From positions 1,426,001-1,490,000 of the forward strand of contig JABVCE010000007.1 of the NCBI GenBank assembly GCA_014905635.1: DNA of 64,000 nt, given 5' to 3'. The position numbers were made by a program, and so were the translations under genes. Below are positions 24,259 to 37,157 of the stretch, piece by piece (within the stretch, counting starts at the first letter, position 1; each line of letters begins with the position of its first letter). The DNA comes from Scenedesmus sp. PABB004 (lineage: Eukaryota). The notes under the pieces are model-generated. The model had not been told where the DNA came from, searched no databases, and saw only the letters and a program-made list of their open reading frames with translations.

Positions 24259-27200
24259 TCACGCCAGGGCCTGCAGCATGTTAGCCAGCCCCGGCAGCCG
24301 CGCCGCGCCGCTGGCGCGCCGGCGCGCGACCCGCTCCTGCGCGCGCGCGAGCAGGCCCTCGCCCTCCTCTGCCACGGCGGCGATCTTGCGCTTGAAGCCG
24401 GCCGCCTTCTTCTCGGCGTGCGCCTGCACCTCCTGCGCGCAGCGGCGGCGGGCGGGAGCGGCGGGCGGGAGCGGCGGGCGGGAGCGGCGGGCGGGAGCGG
24501 CGGCGGTGGTGAGGAGGGGAGCGGGGGGCGCTGCGTGGGCCTGGCGCCGCCGCCGCCGCCTGCGCGCACGGCACGCCCGCGCGCCCGCCTGGCGCGGCGC
24601 GCGCTCTGCGTGCCGCGCCGCCGCACCTCCTTGGTGGCCTCGAGCTGCGCAAACGTGTCTGCGTAGTCACCCCACGCCGCTTCGAACTGCTGCTGGAACT
24701 GCGCGGTCAGGCCGGTGATGCGCGCCATGCGGCCCTCCAGCGCCGTGCCCAGCGCCGACACGCGCGCGGCGCCCGCCGTCGCGAGCTTGGACATCTCGGC
24801 CTGCACCCGGGGCAGGCGGGGCACAGGGCGCCCGCCGCGCGGTGAGCGTGGTGCGCGGTGCAGGCCGGGCGCGCGCACACGGCCGCGGCGCGCCGCCGCG
24901 CCTGCATGCTGGACTCCAGGTCGGCGACGCGCGCGGCCATGGCCGCTTCCACCTCCTGCGTGTGGCGGCCGGGCGGCAGGGGTCCGCAGGGGCGCGGCGG
25001 CCGGCGGCGGGCGCGCGCGGGCGGGCTGCGCGGGCGCGGCGCCGCGGCGGCGCGGGGGCGCACCCGCAGGTGCGCCTCCTGCTTGAGCTTGTCCTGCTGG
25101 CGCTTGTGCAGCAGCGTGCGCACGAGCGCGGCCTGCAGCATCTCCACGTCGGCATCGTACCTGCGCAGCGCAGCGGGCGGCGCCCACACACTGCAGCCTC
25201 TGCGGCGGCGGCGCCAGCGGCGGCAACGCGCGGCACGCTGGCGGGCGGGCGCACCCGTCGTCGTCGTCGCCGTCGCCGCCCTCGTCGTCGCCGTCCTTGA
25301 GCGCGCTGGTCAGCAGCTGCGCAACGGCGGCGATGTCCGCCGCCGTGCCGGCCTGGCTCTCGGGCAGCGCGCCCAGCCCGCCGCCGCCGCCGCCGCCCAG
25401 CTCCGCGGCGCTCAGTCCGCCCAGGCTCGCCCAGCCCGACAGGCGCAGCTGGTCTTCGTCTGACTCGGCGGGCAGCGTGGTGGCGCGCCGCGCCCCGCCG
25501 CCGCGGCCGGCCTTGCCGCCGGCCCCCCGCTTGCCGCCTTTGCCCAGCGAGAGGCCGGCCAGGGCGCCCGCGCCGCTCCCCAGGCTGCCCAGGCTGCTGA
25601 GGGCTGGCAGGCGCAGCCCGCCCGCGCCGCCCGCCGCCTTGCGCTGCTTGCGCGCGAGCACAGGCGCGCCGGCGTCGACGTCGGCAGCGACAGCAGCCGC
25701 AGCGGCAACCGCCGCTGCGCTGGCACCGAGCTGGCTGCCGCCGAGCTGCAGCGAGGGCAGCTTGCGCACGAGCGCGGCCCCGCCGCGCGCCGCGGGCTTG
25801 TCGGCCGCTGCAGTGAGTGGCAGCTTGCGCACGATGCGGGCGGTGGTGATCTGCAGACCACAGTGGCGCGTGGGTGGGGCGGGGCGAGGTGAGGCGTGGC
25901 GGACAGCGGCGCGGCGCGGCGCGGCGCGGCTCAGCGCAGCGGCGCTGCCCGGCCAGCTCTGACGCGCACCCGCGCCGTCTCGGGCGTCACGTCCGCCGCC
26001 GCCAGGCCCACGCCGGTGCGCGGCGCACCCGTGGCCTGCGTGCGCGGCGCCAGCAGGCGCGTGAGGCGCAGCGCGCCGCCGTCGCCGTCGCCGACGCCGC
26101 CCTCGTCGCTGGAGCCGCCTGCGGCGGCGGCAGAGCGGGGTGGCGGCGGTGGCGGCCCTCCCCACGCGACTCGCAGCGGCCGCGCCGCGCGGCCCAGGCA
26201 GCCGCCACCCACCAGGCTCGTCGTGCTCGCCCTCCAGGCCGCCTGCCTCCTCGTCGTCGGCGGCGCCCAGGCCCGACGGGCCCTCCTCCTCCTCCTGCTC
26301 CTCCTGGTCGGGCGGCGGCGCCGCGGCGCGCGACAGGCCGCGCTGGCGCTCAGCGGTCGCGGGCGTGAGGTTGAGCGCCTGCTGGGTGTTGAGCTCCAGC
26401 TGCTGGTGCATCGCCTCCATCGCCTGGGCAGCGGCGGCAGCGGCGCGCGTCGGCGGGCCACGCGTCGGTGCGGGGCGGGGGCGGGCGGGGGCGGGCGGGG
26501 GCGGGCGGGGGCGGGCGGGGGCGGGCGGGGGCGGGCGCCAGCTGCGCGCGGTCGGCGCCCGCGCCTCGCCCACACCTTGGTGCGCGCAGCGCGCGCGGGC
26601 CTGCGGCCCTCGCGCTCCGCCGCCGGCGCCGCCGCGCCCGCCGGCTGGCTCTTGCTGCCGCCCGCCTTGGCGCCGGCCTTGGCAGCGCCCCGCGGCGGCG
26701 CCGCGCCGGGCCCGCCGCCCTCGTCGCCTCTGACGGCGGCCGCGGCCGCGGCGGCGGCCTTGCTGGCCTGGCCCGCGCCGCGCGGCAGCTTGGCGGGCGG
26801 CTCCTCGTCCTCGTCCGACGCGTGCAGCTGCCCGGCTGCCTCGGCGTCAGAGCCCGCGCCGTGCTCCCCGGCCATCTGCAGCGTGTCCGGCACCACCTCC
26901 TGCGCCTCCTCCTCCTCCACGGCCGCCGCCTGCTCCTGCGCCTCCTGCTCGGCGGCCGCGGCCGCGGCCTTGCGCCTGGCGGCGGCCGAGCCGGCCGCCG
27001 CGGGCTTGGCGGCGGCGGGCTTGCCGCCGCCGCCGCCCGCGCCGCGCCCGCCGCGCTTGGCGGCGGCGCCGCGGCCACGCTTGGCGCCGCGGCCGCGGGC
27101 AAACTCCTCGTCGCTGCCGCTGCCGCTGCCGCTGCTGGGCTCGCTGCCGGTCGAGCCAGAGGGCTCAAAGTCGAACTGGCTGGCGCCCTGGGGCCCGGCG

Positions 27201-30200
27201 GGCTTGGCCGCGCCGCCCGCGCCGCCCTTGGCGCCGGCCACGCCGGCCGCGCCAGCCGCGCCGCCCTTGGCGCCCTTGGCGCCCGGCTTGGCGGCGACGC
27301 CGGGGAACGAAAAGTCTGCCGCGTGGCCGCCCACCGCGCGCTCCGCGGCCGCGCCGCGGGCCTTGCGGCCGCCCGGGCCCTTGCCGCTGGGCTCCTCCGA
27401 GGCGGCGCCCTCCTCGCCGTCCGCGCCCACGGCGCCGCCGCCGTCGCCGGGCTTGCCGCCGCCGGCCTGCTGCATGCCGGCAAACCGCCCGCGCCGCGCC
27501 GACAGCGGGCGGCCGCCCGCGCCGGGCGTGTCGGCGGCGAGGCTGCGCGGCTTGGGGCTGGCGCCCGGCGAGCCGGGGCTGCCAGCGGCCGTGCCGTGGC
27601 CGCCCGCGGCCGCGCCCTTGTGGCGCAAGAAGGGCGTGGTGGCGCCGTGGTGGCCCGCGCCGCCCGCGGCCGAGGGCGGCGGTGGTGAGGTCATCCAGCT
27701 GGGCAGGTCGGCCGGCGCCTCGCCGGCGGCGGCGCCCCCGCCCACGCCCACGCGCGCCGACGCGGCGGTGGCGAGCTTGGGCAGGGAGGGCTGGTCGGGG
27801 TCCTCAATGTTCTCCTGCGTCTCGCCGCGCCGCCCGCCGCCCAGCTGGTTGCTCGCGATGGCCGCCGCCGCTGCCGCGGCGGCCTTGCGGCCGCGTGTGG
27901 CGCGCGGCGCGGGCGGCGCGGGCGGCGCGCCGGCCTGCGGCATGCGCGCGGGGCGGCGGGCGGCGGGCGTGAGGCGGCGCGACCGCCAGGCGCTGCCATC
28001 CATGCGGCGGCGCCGAGCGCGCCCGCCCCGCGCGCGCGGCTCGACCTGCTGCTTGGCGGCGGCCGCCTTGCTGCCCTTGCCACCAGGCGCCTTGTCGCCG
28101 CGAGGCGCCGCTCGCGCGCGGCGCTCTCCCTCGCCGTCAGAGGTCGCCTTCAGCTCGCCGGGCGCGGCCGTGGGCCCGCCCGCCGCGTCGCCGCCTGGCG
28201 CCGCCTCCTGCTCGTCGCGGGGCGCCTGCGCTGCGCCGCCGTCGACGGCGCCGCGCCCGCCGCGCGGGCCGGGCGGCGCCGCGAGCGCTGCCGCGTCCTC
28301 GAGCGAGCCCAGGCTGGTGGCGCCGCCCTTGGGGGCGGCGGCCATGTGCTGGTCCGCCACGCTGTCCAGCACCGCCAGCAGCTGGGAGTCGGTGCGGCCC
28401 TGCGTGCCCACCGCGCCAGCGGGCGGCGGCGAGGGCCCGCGGGGCGGGGAGCCCGGCGGTGAGGCGCCCGCGCCGGGCTCGCCCGCTGCGCGCGCCGGGC
28501 CGGCCGGCGGCGCTGGCGCGGCGCCGGGCGTCTCCGCCGCCAGGCGGCTCTTCTGGAGCGTGAGCTGCTGCATCTGCTGCGCAGCGCGGCCCGGGGAGTC
28601 GGCCGGGTGCGCGGCAAGCGGCGTGCGGGACGTGGTCTTGGCGAGGGGCCCGCCGGCAGGGCGCGCGTGCGTTGGCGTGGGGGTGGTCTTCTGCAGGGCC
28701 AGGGGCGGCTTGTGGTAGGCGGCGGGCATGTTGCCCCTGCGGGTGACGCGGCGGCGGCGGCCGCCGCGTGGGTGCCGGCAGCGGCGCTGGCGGCGGCCCC
28801 GCGGCGGCGGCGGCCGTGGCGGCGGCAGGTGCTGCTCCCGCGCCGTCGGCGGCAGCGCGCTCACATGGAGACCTTGCGCTGCTTGCGCTCCGCCTGGGAG
28901 GGCTCGTGCACGTTGGCGCTCACGCTCACCAGCACCACGCCCTGCGGCGCCGCGGGCGCGCGGCGGCGGCGCTCGGCGCCCGGACCGCCGGCGCGGGGCG
29001 CTGCGGCGGACGCAGCATGGCAGGCGTCAACAGACGCACAGCCACACACTCCCTCCCCCGCGCACCGCGGAGCGCAGCAGGGCGACGAGCGTGTTGCTGT
29101 CGGCCTCGCGCAGCACGAGACCGAGGGCGAAGGGCGTGCGGCTGTCGCCGCGCGCCAGCGCCGCCGCGGCGTCGGCGATGTCGGGGCCGAGGCAGGGCGG
29201 GAACGCCCTGCGCGGCGCGGCGGCGGCAGCCAGACGCGGGTCACGCGCTGGCGGGGGGGGGGGCACCACGAGCGCGCAAAGGCGCGGGGGCTCGGCGCGT
29301 GCGCGCACGCACTTGCACTGCAGCTCCAGCAGCATGCAGCCGACCCAGGCGGGCTGGTGCGTGGTGGTCGCGTGCGTGACGACCACGCGCGCCAGGTTGC
29401 CATACTCAACGTCCAGCACCTCCAGCGAGTCCTCCTCCTCCCCCTCCGCGCCGCCCTTGCCCTGCAGGGCCGCGCCGGCGGGCACGGCGCGCGGGCGGCG
29501 GCAGGTCCGCGGCCGCGGCGACGCGCGCGCTGCGGCGGCGTCGGCGGCCGGCGCGGCGCCCCCAGCCGCCCCCCGTGGCCGCGCACCGCGCCGCCGCCGG
29601 CCACGAGCACGGTGACGCTGAGGTGGGACGGCCCCAGCGCGACCGACGTGCTCTCCGGGCGCACGATGGCCGGGCAGGAGACCTTGACGAGGCGCGGCTC
29701 CAGCAGCACCACGCTGCGGCCGCGGCGGCCGGCGACGGTCTGGCAGGGGGCACGCGGCGCGGGCGCGCGGCGCGCCGGCGGCGTCGGCGGCGTCGGCGCC
29801 GCGCCCTCACCTGGCGGCGGCGCCCAGGCGGGCGTTGAACGCGGCCGCGAGGGCGGTCAGCTCGCCGACGAGGTCCAGGTCAGCGCCGTCCTTGGCCAGC
29901 AGCTGCGCCACCAGGCCCCGCATCTGCGCGGCACGGGTGCGGCGCGCGTCGCCACGCGGCGGCGGCGGTGCCGCCGCTCCCAGGCCGCACACGCCGCGGT
30001 GCGGCGCGGCGCGGCGCGGGCGGCGCCCCGCGCGGCGCGGCTGACCGGTGCGTCGAGGCTGCGGCCGTACGCCGCGTCGCCCCAGCGCTTGGCGAGGCGG
30101 AAGATGATCTCAAACACATCCAGCTGCGCACACACGACGCGGCGGCGGCGGCGGCGGCGGCGGCGGTGGGGCGCGGCGGGCCGGCACGGCGCGGCGCGGC

Positions 30201-31693
30201 GGGCGCGGCTCGGCGCGGCGCGATCCTGCTGCTCCCGGCCGCGCCTGCGTGGGCTGGTCGCCGCAGCCCTGCAGCACCGCGCCGACGAGGCAGGCGTAGC
30301 CCTGCGCCTGCTCCTGCAGCAGCCGCCGCTGGTTGGGGCGGCAGTCGCTGATGAGCTCGCGCAGCGCGGACACCGCGGAGCGGCGCAGGCTGTAGTAGGT
30401 CGCGCTCAGCCTGCGCGCGCGCGCGGCCCCGCCGGCGGCCTCGGCGGCGGCGGCCGCAGCTGCGCGGCCGCACGCGGGCAGCGCGGCGCCAGAGGGGGTG
30501 GCCCCTGGCAGGGCAGCGCGGCGGCGCGGCGGCGCGCGCCTGCCGTCCATAGTGGCGAGGGCGAGCAGGGGCACCAGCAGCGCCTCGCCGCACGCCTGCC
30601 GGCCGGACGCTTCGGTCTTCACCGCGCTCGCCTGCGACGCCGCGCCTGCGCCGCGCGCGGCCGCCGCCGCGGCAGCGCACGCGTCGGCCACGCGCGCTGC
30701 GCGCCGGGCCGCTGGCGGGGCCGCCGGCGGGGCCGCGCCGCGCGCCCCCGCACCTGGCAGCTGGCTGGCGGCGGTGCGCACAACCGGGAAGGTGTACTCA
30801 GCCAGGTCCATGACCGCGCCCAGCACGTTGCGCCCGCACGCGATCGCCGCGCCCGGGACCCTGCACGCGCGCTCGCCCTGCGACGCGCCGGCGGGGGCCT
30901 CGTGCTGCGTGGCGCGGCGGGCGGCGGCGGGTATGCTTGCGCCGCCGGCCAGAGCGCGCCGCTGCAGACGGCCGTGGGCGAGGCGCCGCGCGGCGCGCGC
31001 GCACCGCCTCTGCCACGCGGCGCAGCGTGTCGACGGCGCCCGCGAGCGCCGCGAGCAGCTCGCTGTTGTAGAGCAGGTGCTGCGCGAGGCGGTGCCTGCA
31101 GCAGCGGTGGCGGCGCGCGGCGCGGCGTGCTCTCAACGGCACGCCCCCGGCAGGGCCGGCCGCGCTGTCTGTCGCCCAGCGCCGCCGCGCGTCGGCCCGG
31201 CGCCGCACCCGGCCGTGCGTGGTATGAGCGTCATGAGCCGGTCCAGCAGCGTGAGCGCACCCACCAGCGCCTCGTCGCCGCCCGCCGCCGCGCCGGCGCC
31301 GGCGCCCGTGAGCGCGGCGGCGCAGCCGGCGCACGCGGCGCGCACGCGCGCGATGAGGCCGTCGCGCGCGGCCGCGCGGCTCAGCAGTCGCGCGCGCTTG
31401 TCGTCGTCCGCTTGCTCGTCCCAGGCCGCGAGGTCCTCGCACAGCGCCGCCGCGGGGCGGCCGGCGAGGTCGGGCAGCGCCTCCTGCGGGAGCAGGTGCG
31501 GCGTGTGTCGAATGTCCCGGGGCTACCGCCGGGCCGGGCCGCCGCACACCCCCCGCGGCCACGCGCTGCCGCCGGGCGCCGCGCTGCGCGCGCTGCCGCG
31601 CCGCCGCTGCTGCGCCCGCCGCGCCGCGCCGCCGGGCGCCTGGGGGCCGCAGCGGCCTCTCACCGCTAGGTTGGGGACCTTGGGGCGCGTCAT
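24259..31693 (-). CDS. SYCP2/Red1/Rec10-like meiotic axis core protein (ARM-like + PH-like + putative closure motif + disordered linker + C-terminal coiled coil)
   Basis: GCGDQPTQ|LDVFEIIFRL and FNARLGAAA-VVLLEP resemble SYCP2 ARM/PH-junction motifs. RKQRKVSM follows the beta-rich domain. Intron 28864-28737 (AT|G) joins the N-terminal region in frame to the long low-complexity exon. The helical coiled-coil C-terminus ends LANMLQALA-stop. Confidence 0.7.
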
Positions 31694-32317
31694 GGCGCCA
31701 CAGGGCGGCCGTGCGCCCGCGCGTGGGGCCGCAGCGGGCGCTCGAGCGATGGCGCCCCCGCCCGTGCCGAGCCGGGCGCGCACGGGGCTGTGCCGCCGGG
31801 AGCGCCCACAGATCCGTCAGCCGGGGTGACCGGGCTCGCCGCTGGCCCGCCACGCAGCGCGTGCGACGCGCAGCAGCAGCGCGCGCGGCCCCTGCTGCGT
31901 CAGTGCGCGCTGGCCCGGCTCGGGCGCCGCGGCAGCGCGGGCGTGCGCCACGTGTGTCGCCGGGGCGGCTGGGGCGCGCTGCCACAGCGGGGTCGAAAAG
32001 TCGAAGGCGCGTAACCCCAGAGCAAGCTCGATTCAGCGAGAACGCCGCCGCCTGTGTCAGAGGGCACGCACGGATCACCTGCGCCCGCCCCGCGGCCCCG
32101 CACCGCCTGCCGCCGCCCCACGGCAGCGCGCGCTGGCGGCCGCCGACAGCGGCGCGCCGCGCGCAGCCCCTGCCGCCCGCCTGTCTCGCCAGCGCAGGCC
32201 GTGGACCGGGCGCACCTTCTGCCGCGGCGCCGGAGCGGCGCCGCGGCGCCGACCCCGCCCGGCGCGGCGGGAAGGGCCCGCGGCAGCGCCGCGCGTTGAC
32301 CTCGCGGCCCCGGCGCG

Positions 32318-35300
32318 ATGGCGATGGAGGTGGTCGCCGTCGTGCCCGGCGCCCACGAGGACAGCCTGGTGGCCATCGCCTACAACCGTGCCAAGCGCGA
32401 GGCCTACACGGCGGCGGAGGGGGACCGCGCGATCAAGGCGCGCCGCGGCAGCTGCCGCGGCGCGCTGGCCGCCGCGCGCTCTGCGGCGGCGCGCCCGCCG
32501 CCGGCGCGCCGCCAATCCGCCGCCGCTGCTGCCGCCGCCGCCGCCGCCGCAGGTGTGGGACGTCAAGACCGGCGCGCGGCTGCGCAGCCAGGTGGCGCAC
32601 CGGGGCATGGTCACGTCACTCGCCTACGCTGGCGGCGCGCGCCTGCTCTTCAGCGGCTCCATCGACGGCGCGATCGGCGTCTGGACCGACAAGGGCACGC
32701 TGCTGCAGGTGCGGTGGTCTGCCCAGAGGCGCGGCGCGGCGGCCGCGGCCGCGCGGCCGCGCGGGCGCGCACGCGGGCGAACGCCCTCCGCCGCCGCCGC
32801 CGCTGCCGCCGCCGCCACCGCTGCGCAGCTCGTGCCGACGGGCTGGCCGGTGTTCAGCCTCGCGTGGGGCGCGAGGCAGCGCGTGCTGGCGGCGGGCGGC
32901 AACAGCGTGCTGCACGTCTTCAAGGCGCGGCGGCTGCAGAGGGGGGGGGGAGGACCAGGGCGCCCGGCGGCCGCGGCGCGGCCGCCACGGCCGACGCGCC
33001 CGCGCGCGTGTGCTGCAGGTGGACGCGGCGGACGTGCTGCGCCTCAAGCACGCGCGCCACGCGGCGCAGCCCACCACGCGCCAGCAGGCGCAGGCGGCGC
33101 AGCAGGACGGCGGTGGCGGCGGCGGCGCCGGCGGCGCCGGCGTGCTCGCCGGGGGCGGCGCCGACGCGCGGCAGGTCCTGCGGCGTGTGTGCCCGGCGCT
33201 CAAGGGCTGGAAGCAGCCTGCGGCCCCCGGCAGCGAGGCGCCGGAGAGGAAGGTGAGCGCGGTGCCCGCGGGCTGGCGCTGCGTAGTGGCGGCTGGCTGA
33301 GCCGCGGCGCGCTCGCAGGAGGGAGGTGGCGGAGTGACGGGGGAGCTGGACGAGGAGCCGCCAGCAGACGCGGCGGCCGAGCAGGCGGGCGAGCAGCCGG
33401 ATGCGGCAGCGGGGGCGGGCAGCGCGTGCGGCGAGTGCGCGTCGGAGGCGGCCGCCAGCAGCAGCGCCGGCAGCAGGCGGCGCGCCAAGGCCGGCCCCGC
33501 GCGGGGGGCGCGGGGGTGTGGCGGGGCCGGCGCGGGCGGGGCGGCGGTGGGCCGCCAGCGCGAAGAGGAGTACTACGGTGTGTGCCACAGCGACGTGGTC
33601 AAGTGCATCGCCATCACGGACAGCGGCAAGATCTTCACCGCTGGGTGCGGCGCGCTGGACTGCCGGGCGCACTGGCGCGCGGGGTCCGGCGCCGCGCGGC
33701 GGCTGGCGGCCGCGGGCGCTGGCCGCGTGCGCCGCGCCACCCGCGCGCTGGGCGTCGTCTCGGCGCGCGCCGCAGCTTTGACCGTGCCATCTGCTGCTAC
33801 GACTCTGACAAGCTGGACAAGCCGCGCGAGGCGTTCCGCCGCGTGCGCGACGCCGCGCGCGGGGGGCTGACCAGCCTCGTCTTCGACCCCCACAACAACG
33901 TGCTGCTCGTGGGCAGCGGCGACGGCGCGCTGCGCATCTGGAGCGTGGAGGGCAGGTGCGGCGGCGGGCGGGCTGGCTGCCGCCGGCAGCAGCAGCGCGC
34001 GCGCGGCGCGTCTGCCGGCGGCTGCTCGGCCGCGCCGCCAGCCGCCGCGTCGGCTCTGCGACCGCCCCGCTCCCCGCGCCGCGCAGGTGCCTCGACAAGT
34101 TTGAGGGCCTGTCCAACAAGCCCATCAGCGTCGCGCACCTGCCGCAGCTCAACACCTGGTGGGCCACCGGCCGCGCCGGCCGCGTCGCAGCGCTTGACCC
34201 GCGCGCGCCGGCGGTCATCACGGACTGCGTGGCCGCGCCCAACGCGCTGCTGGTGCGGCGCCGGCGGCGGCGAGGTCGGGCCGCAGTCGAGCTGAGCTGG
34301 ACTCGGCTGACCTGAGCGATGACGGCGCCTGTGCGCCCGCCGCCGCCGCTGCCGCCACGCGTGGCAGGAGCACTGCGTCGAGCTGCTGCACGCGCCGCCC
34401 GGCAGCGACCTGGTGCTGGCGGGCACGGCGGACCGCAAGCTGGTGGTGTGGCAGTACAACGCGCACGCCGCGCACCGCGTGTTTGGCGGCCACGCCGACT
34501 GGGTGGAGGGCGTGGCCGTGGTGGCGCGCGGGCGCGACCCCTTTGACCAGGCCTTCTTCTCCTTCTCAGCCGACGGCCACGTCGTCGGCTGGGAGCTCGA
34601 CGCGGAGCAAAACTGCGACGTCTACCGCCGCGTGGTGCGCCACCGGGGGGCTCCGGGGAGCCGGGGGGCGGCGCCGCCGCCGCGCCCGACCTCAGGGCCC
34701 TGGCGCCCGGCGCGGCGCAGCGCGGCGCGCCGAGCACGAACCAACGGGCGGCCGCCCACCCCGCGCCGCCGCTGCGCAGGAGGACGTGGCGCTGGCGCCG
34801 TGCAACGTGCTGTGCCTGTTGCACCTGCCCGAGCGCCACGCGCTGGTGGCTGGCTGCGAGGACGGCACGATCCGCCTGCACTGCCTCGACGGCGCGCCGC
34901 CGGCGGCCAGCCCCGACGGCGGCGCGCTGCCGTCCGTGCTGGCCGGGCACGACGGCAAGGTCACCGGCCTCGCCGCGCTGCCGGGGGGGCTGCTGCTGAG
35001 CGCGGGCGACGACCGCAGCCTGCGCGTGTGGGACCTGGCCACGATGAAGCAGCTGCACGTGCGAGCGCGGCGGCCGCGCAGGCTGGCTGGCCGGCTGGCC
35101 GGCTGGTGGGGCCCACCAGTGGCTCCGCCTGCGCGCCCCGCAGGCGGAGCTGGACGCGCACAGCAGCTCGATCCAGTGCCTGGAGCACGTCCCCGGCCGC
35201 CGGGAGGTGGCGACCTGCGGCATGGGGGCAAAGGTCAAGGTCTGGTCGCTGGCGCGCCCGACGGCGCCGCGCCTGGCGCTGGTGCTGGACCACGGCGACC

Positions 35301-36860
35301 CCGCCACGCGGCCGGCGTCGCCCGCCGCCGACGTCAGCCGCGCGCGCGGCAAGAGCAACATGCGCTGGCTCACGCGCTCCGACGTCGACGGCGGCGGCGC
35401 CAAGGCGGCCGCCGGCCTGCCGGCCATCGTGGCGGAGGCCATCGCGCACGCGCGGGAGGACGTGCCGGAGGCCACGCAGGCAGGCGGCGCCACTGCCGGG
35501 CGCGCGCCGGGACAGGGGGTTGGCGCGCCCGCGAGCCGCGCCGCCCGCCGCGCCGCCCGCCGCAGGTGCGCTGGGTCGCGCACCGTGAGGCCTGGGTCAC
35601 CGCGGCCGACGACGCGCTGCTGCGGCTGTGGAGCGCGGGTGGCGAGGCGCTCGGGAGCTTCGCGCTCAAGGGCGGCAGCTGCCGGTGCGGTGCGGCCGGC
35701 GGGCGCGGCCCGGGCCGGCCAAGGCCGGGGGTCGCTGGCGGGGCAGGGGCCGTCGGTGCGCTAGCCGCCGGCGGCGGGCGGGCGGCCGCCCGGCCGCTGA
35801 CGCTGGCGCTGGGGCGCTGACCCTCGTGTGCGCAGCTGGCTGTTTGTGGACGACGCCAACCGCGTGCTGCTCGCGGCGACCGCCGACAAGTGCGCCTACC
35901 TCTACGACCTCACACCAACCTCGCCCGCGCCTCTCGCGCGGTGCGGTGCGGGCGCCGCGCTGGCTGCGCGGCGGCCGCGTCCCGCGCGGCGGGCGGCGGG
36001 CGCGTCCCGCGCTCACACGCACGCGCGCGCCCCACCCCGCACGCGCCGCCGCCGCGTCACCGCCGGCTGCAGGCTGGCGGGCCACGGCGACGTCGTGAGC
36101 GGCGCGGGGTACCTGCCGGCGCTGGACGCCTACATCACCAGCAGCTGGGACGGCACGCTGCGCGTGTGGCGCAGGCCCGCCGCCGCCGGCGCGGGCGGCG
36201 CTGGCGACGCCGGTGGCGGCGGCGCCGGGGAGCCGGGCCTGCAGCTGGAGGTCAGTGAGGAGGGGCCGGGCGGCGGCGGCGGCGGCGAGTACGAGAGGGC
36301 GCACCCGCTGGTGGCGCCGGCGGCGCTCGGGCAGGTGCGCACGCGGGCGGGGCGGGGGTGGGGCGCGCGCACGGGCGGGGCGCGCGCGGCCGGACCGTGA
36401 GCGCGCGGCGCCCGCCGGGACGCAGGACCACACGCTGGCGCTGCTGCGGGCGATAGGCGCGGCGGACGAGGCGCCGACCGGCCGGCCCGGCGCCGCGAGG
36501 CGCGGCGGCCGCGGCGGCGGCGGTGGCGTCGCGCGCGGCGCGCGCGAGGGCCGGCCGAGCGACGACGGCTCGGCGTCGTGCGCGGCCGAGCCGGCCGACG
36601 ACGCGCCGGGCAGCCTGGGCGCGAGGCTGGAGGAGCTGGGGCGGCGGCTGCTGGCGGACATCAACCACGACGCCCGCGGCGCGGCCGAGCGGGGCGCCGG
36701 CGGCTGGGGCGGTGCCGGCCCCGCGCCGCAGCCGGCAGCGGCGGCGGCAGCGGCGGCGCTGAAGCGCAGCGCCAGCACGCGCAGCAGAGCGCTCGGCGCG
36801 GGCGCGGCCGAGGCGCGGCTGCGGGGGGGCGGCGGCGCGGGCGGGCGCGGCGAGCGGTGA
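32318..36860 (+). CDS. Large WD40-repeat protein, multi-exon
   Basis: Many GH..WD repeats: AIK|VWDV, LFSGSIDGAIGVW, GSGDGALRIW, GHADWV, GHDGKVT..SAGDDRSLRVWD, GHGDVV..ITSSWDGTLRVW. Confidence 0.88.
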
Positions 36861-37157
36861 GCCTGCGGAGCCAGGGCGCCCTCGAGATCGGCTCGGGTGC
36901 CAAGGGGCTGCGCCCCGCGCCCTGTGAGCGAGCGTGCAGGCCCACGGACGCGAATTGGGGGAGCGCCGGCGCCCGAGGCGGCGCTGCCCAAACCGCAGCG
37001 ATTAGCGATAGCCGCCGCCGCCTGCATCCCTGCATAAAGGCCGCCCGTCCGCTCAGCGCCACCACCAGGGACCGCACGCCGCAGCTGCCCCGCGCGCCGC
37101 CGCCGCCCCACGCGTGCGCCGCCGCCGCTGCCGCGCTCGCCGCTGCGCCGCGCCACG

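Noticed and set aside
26472..26537. (GGGGGCGGGC)n G-rich repeat
   Set aside because: Intronic low-complexity sequence typical of this genome; similar tracts occur in many introns.
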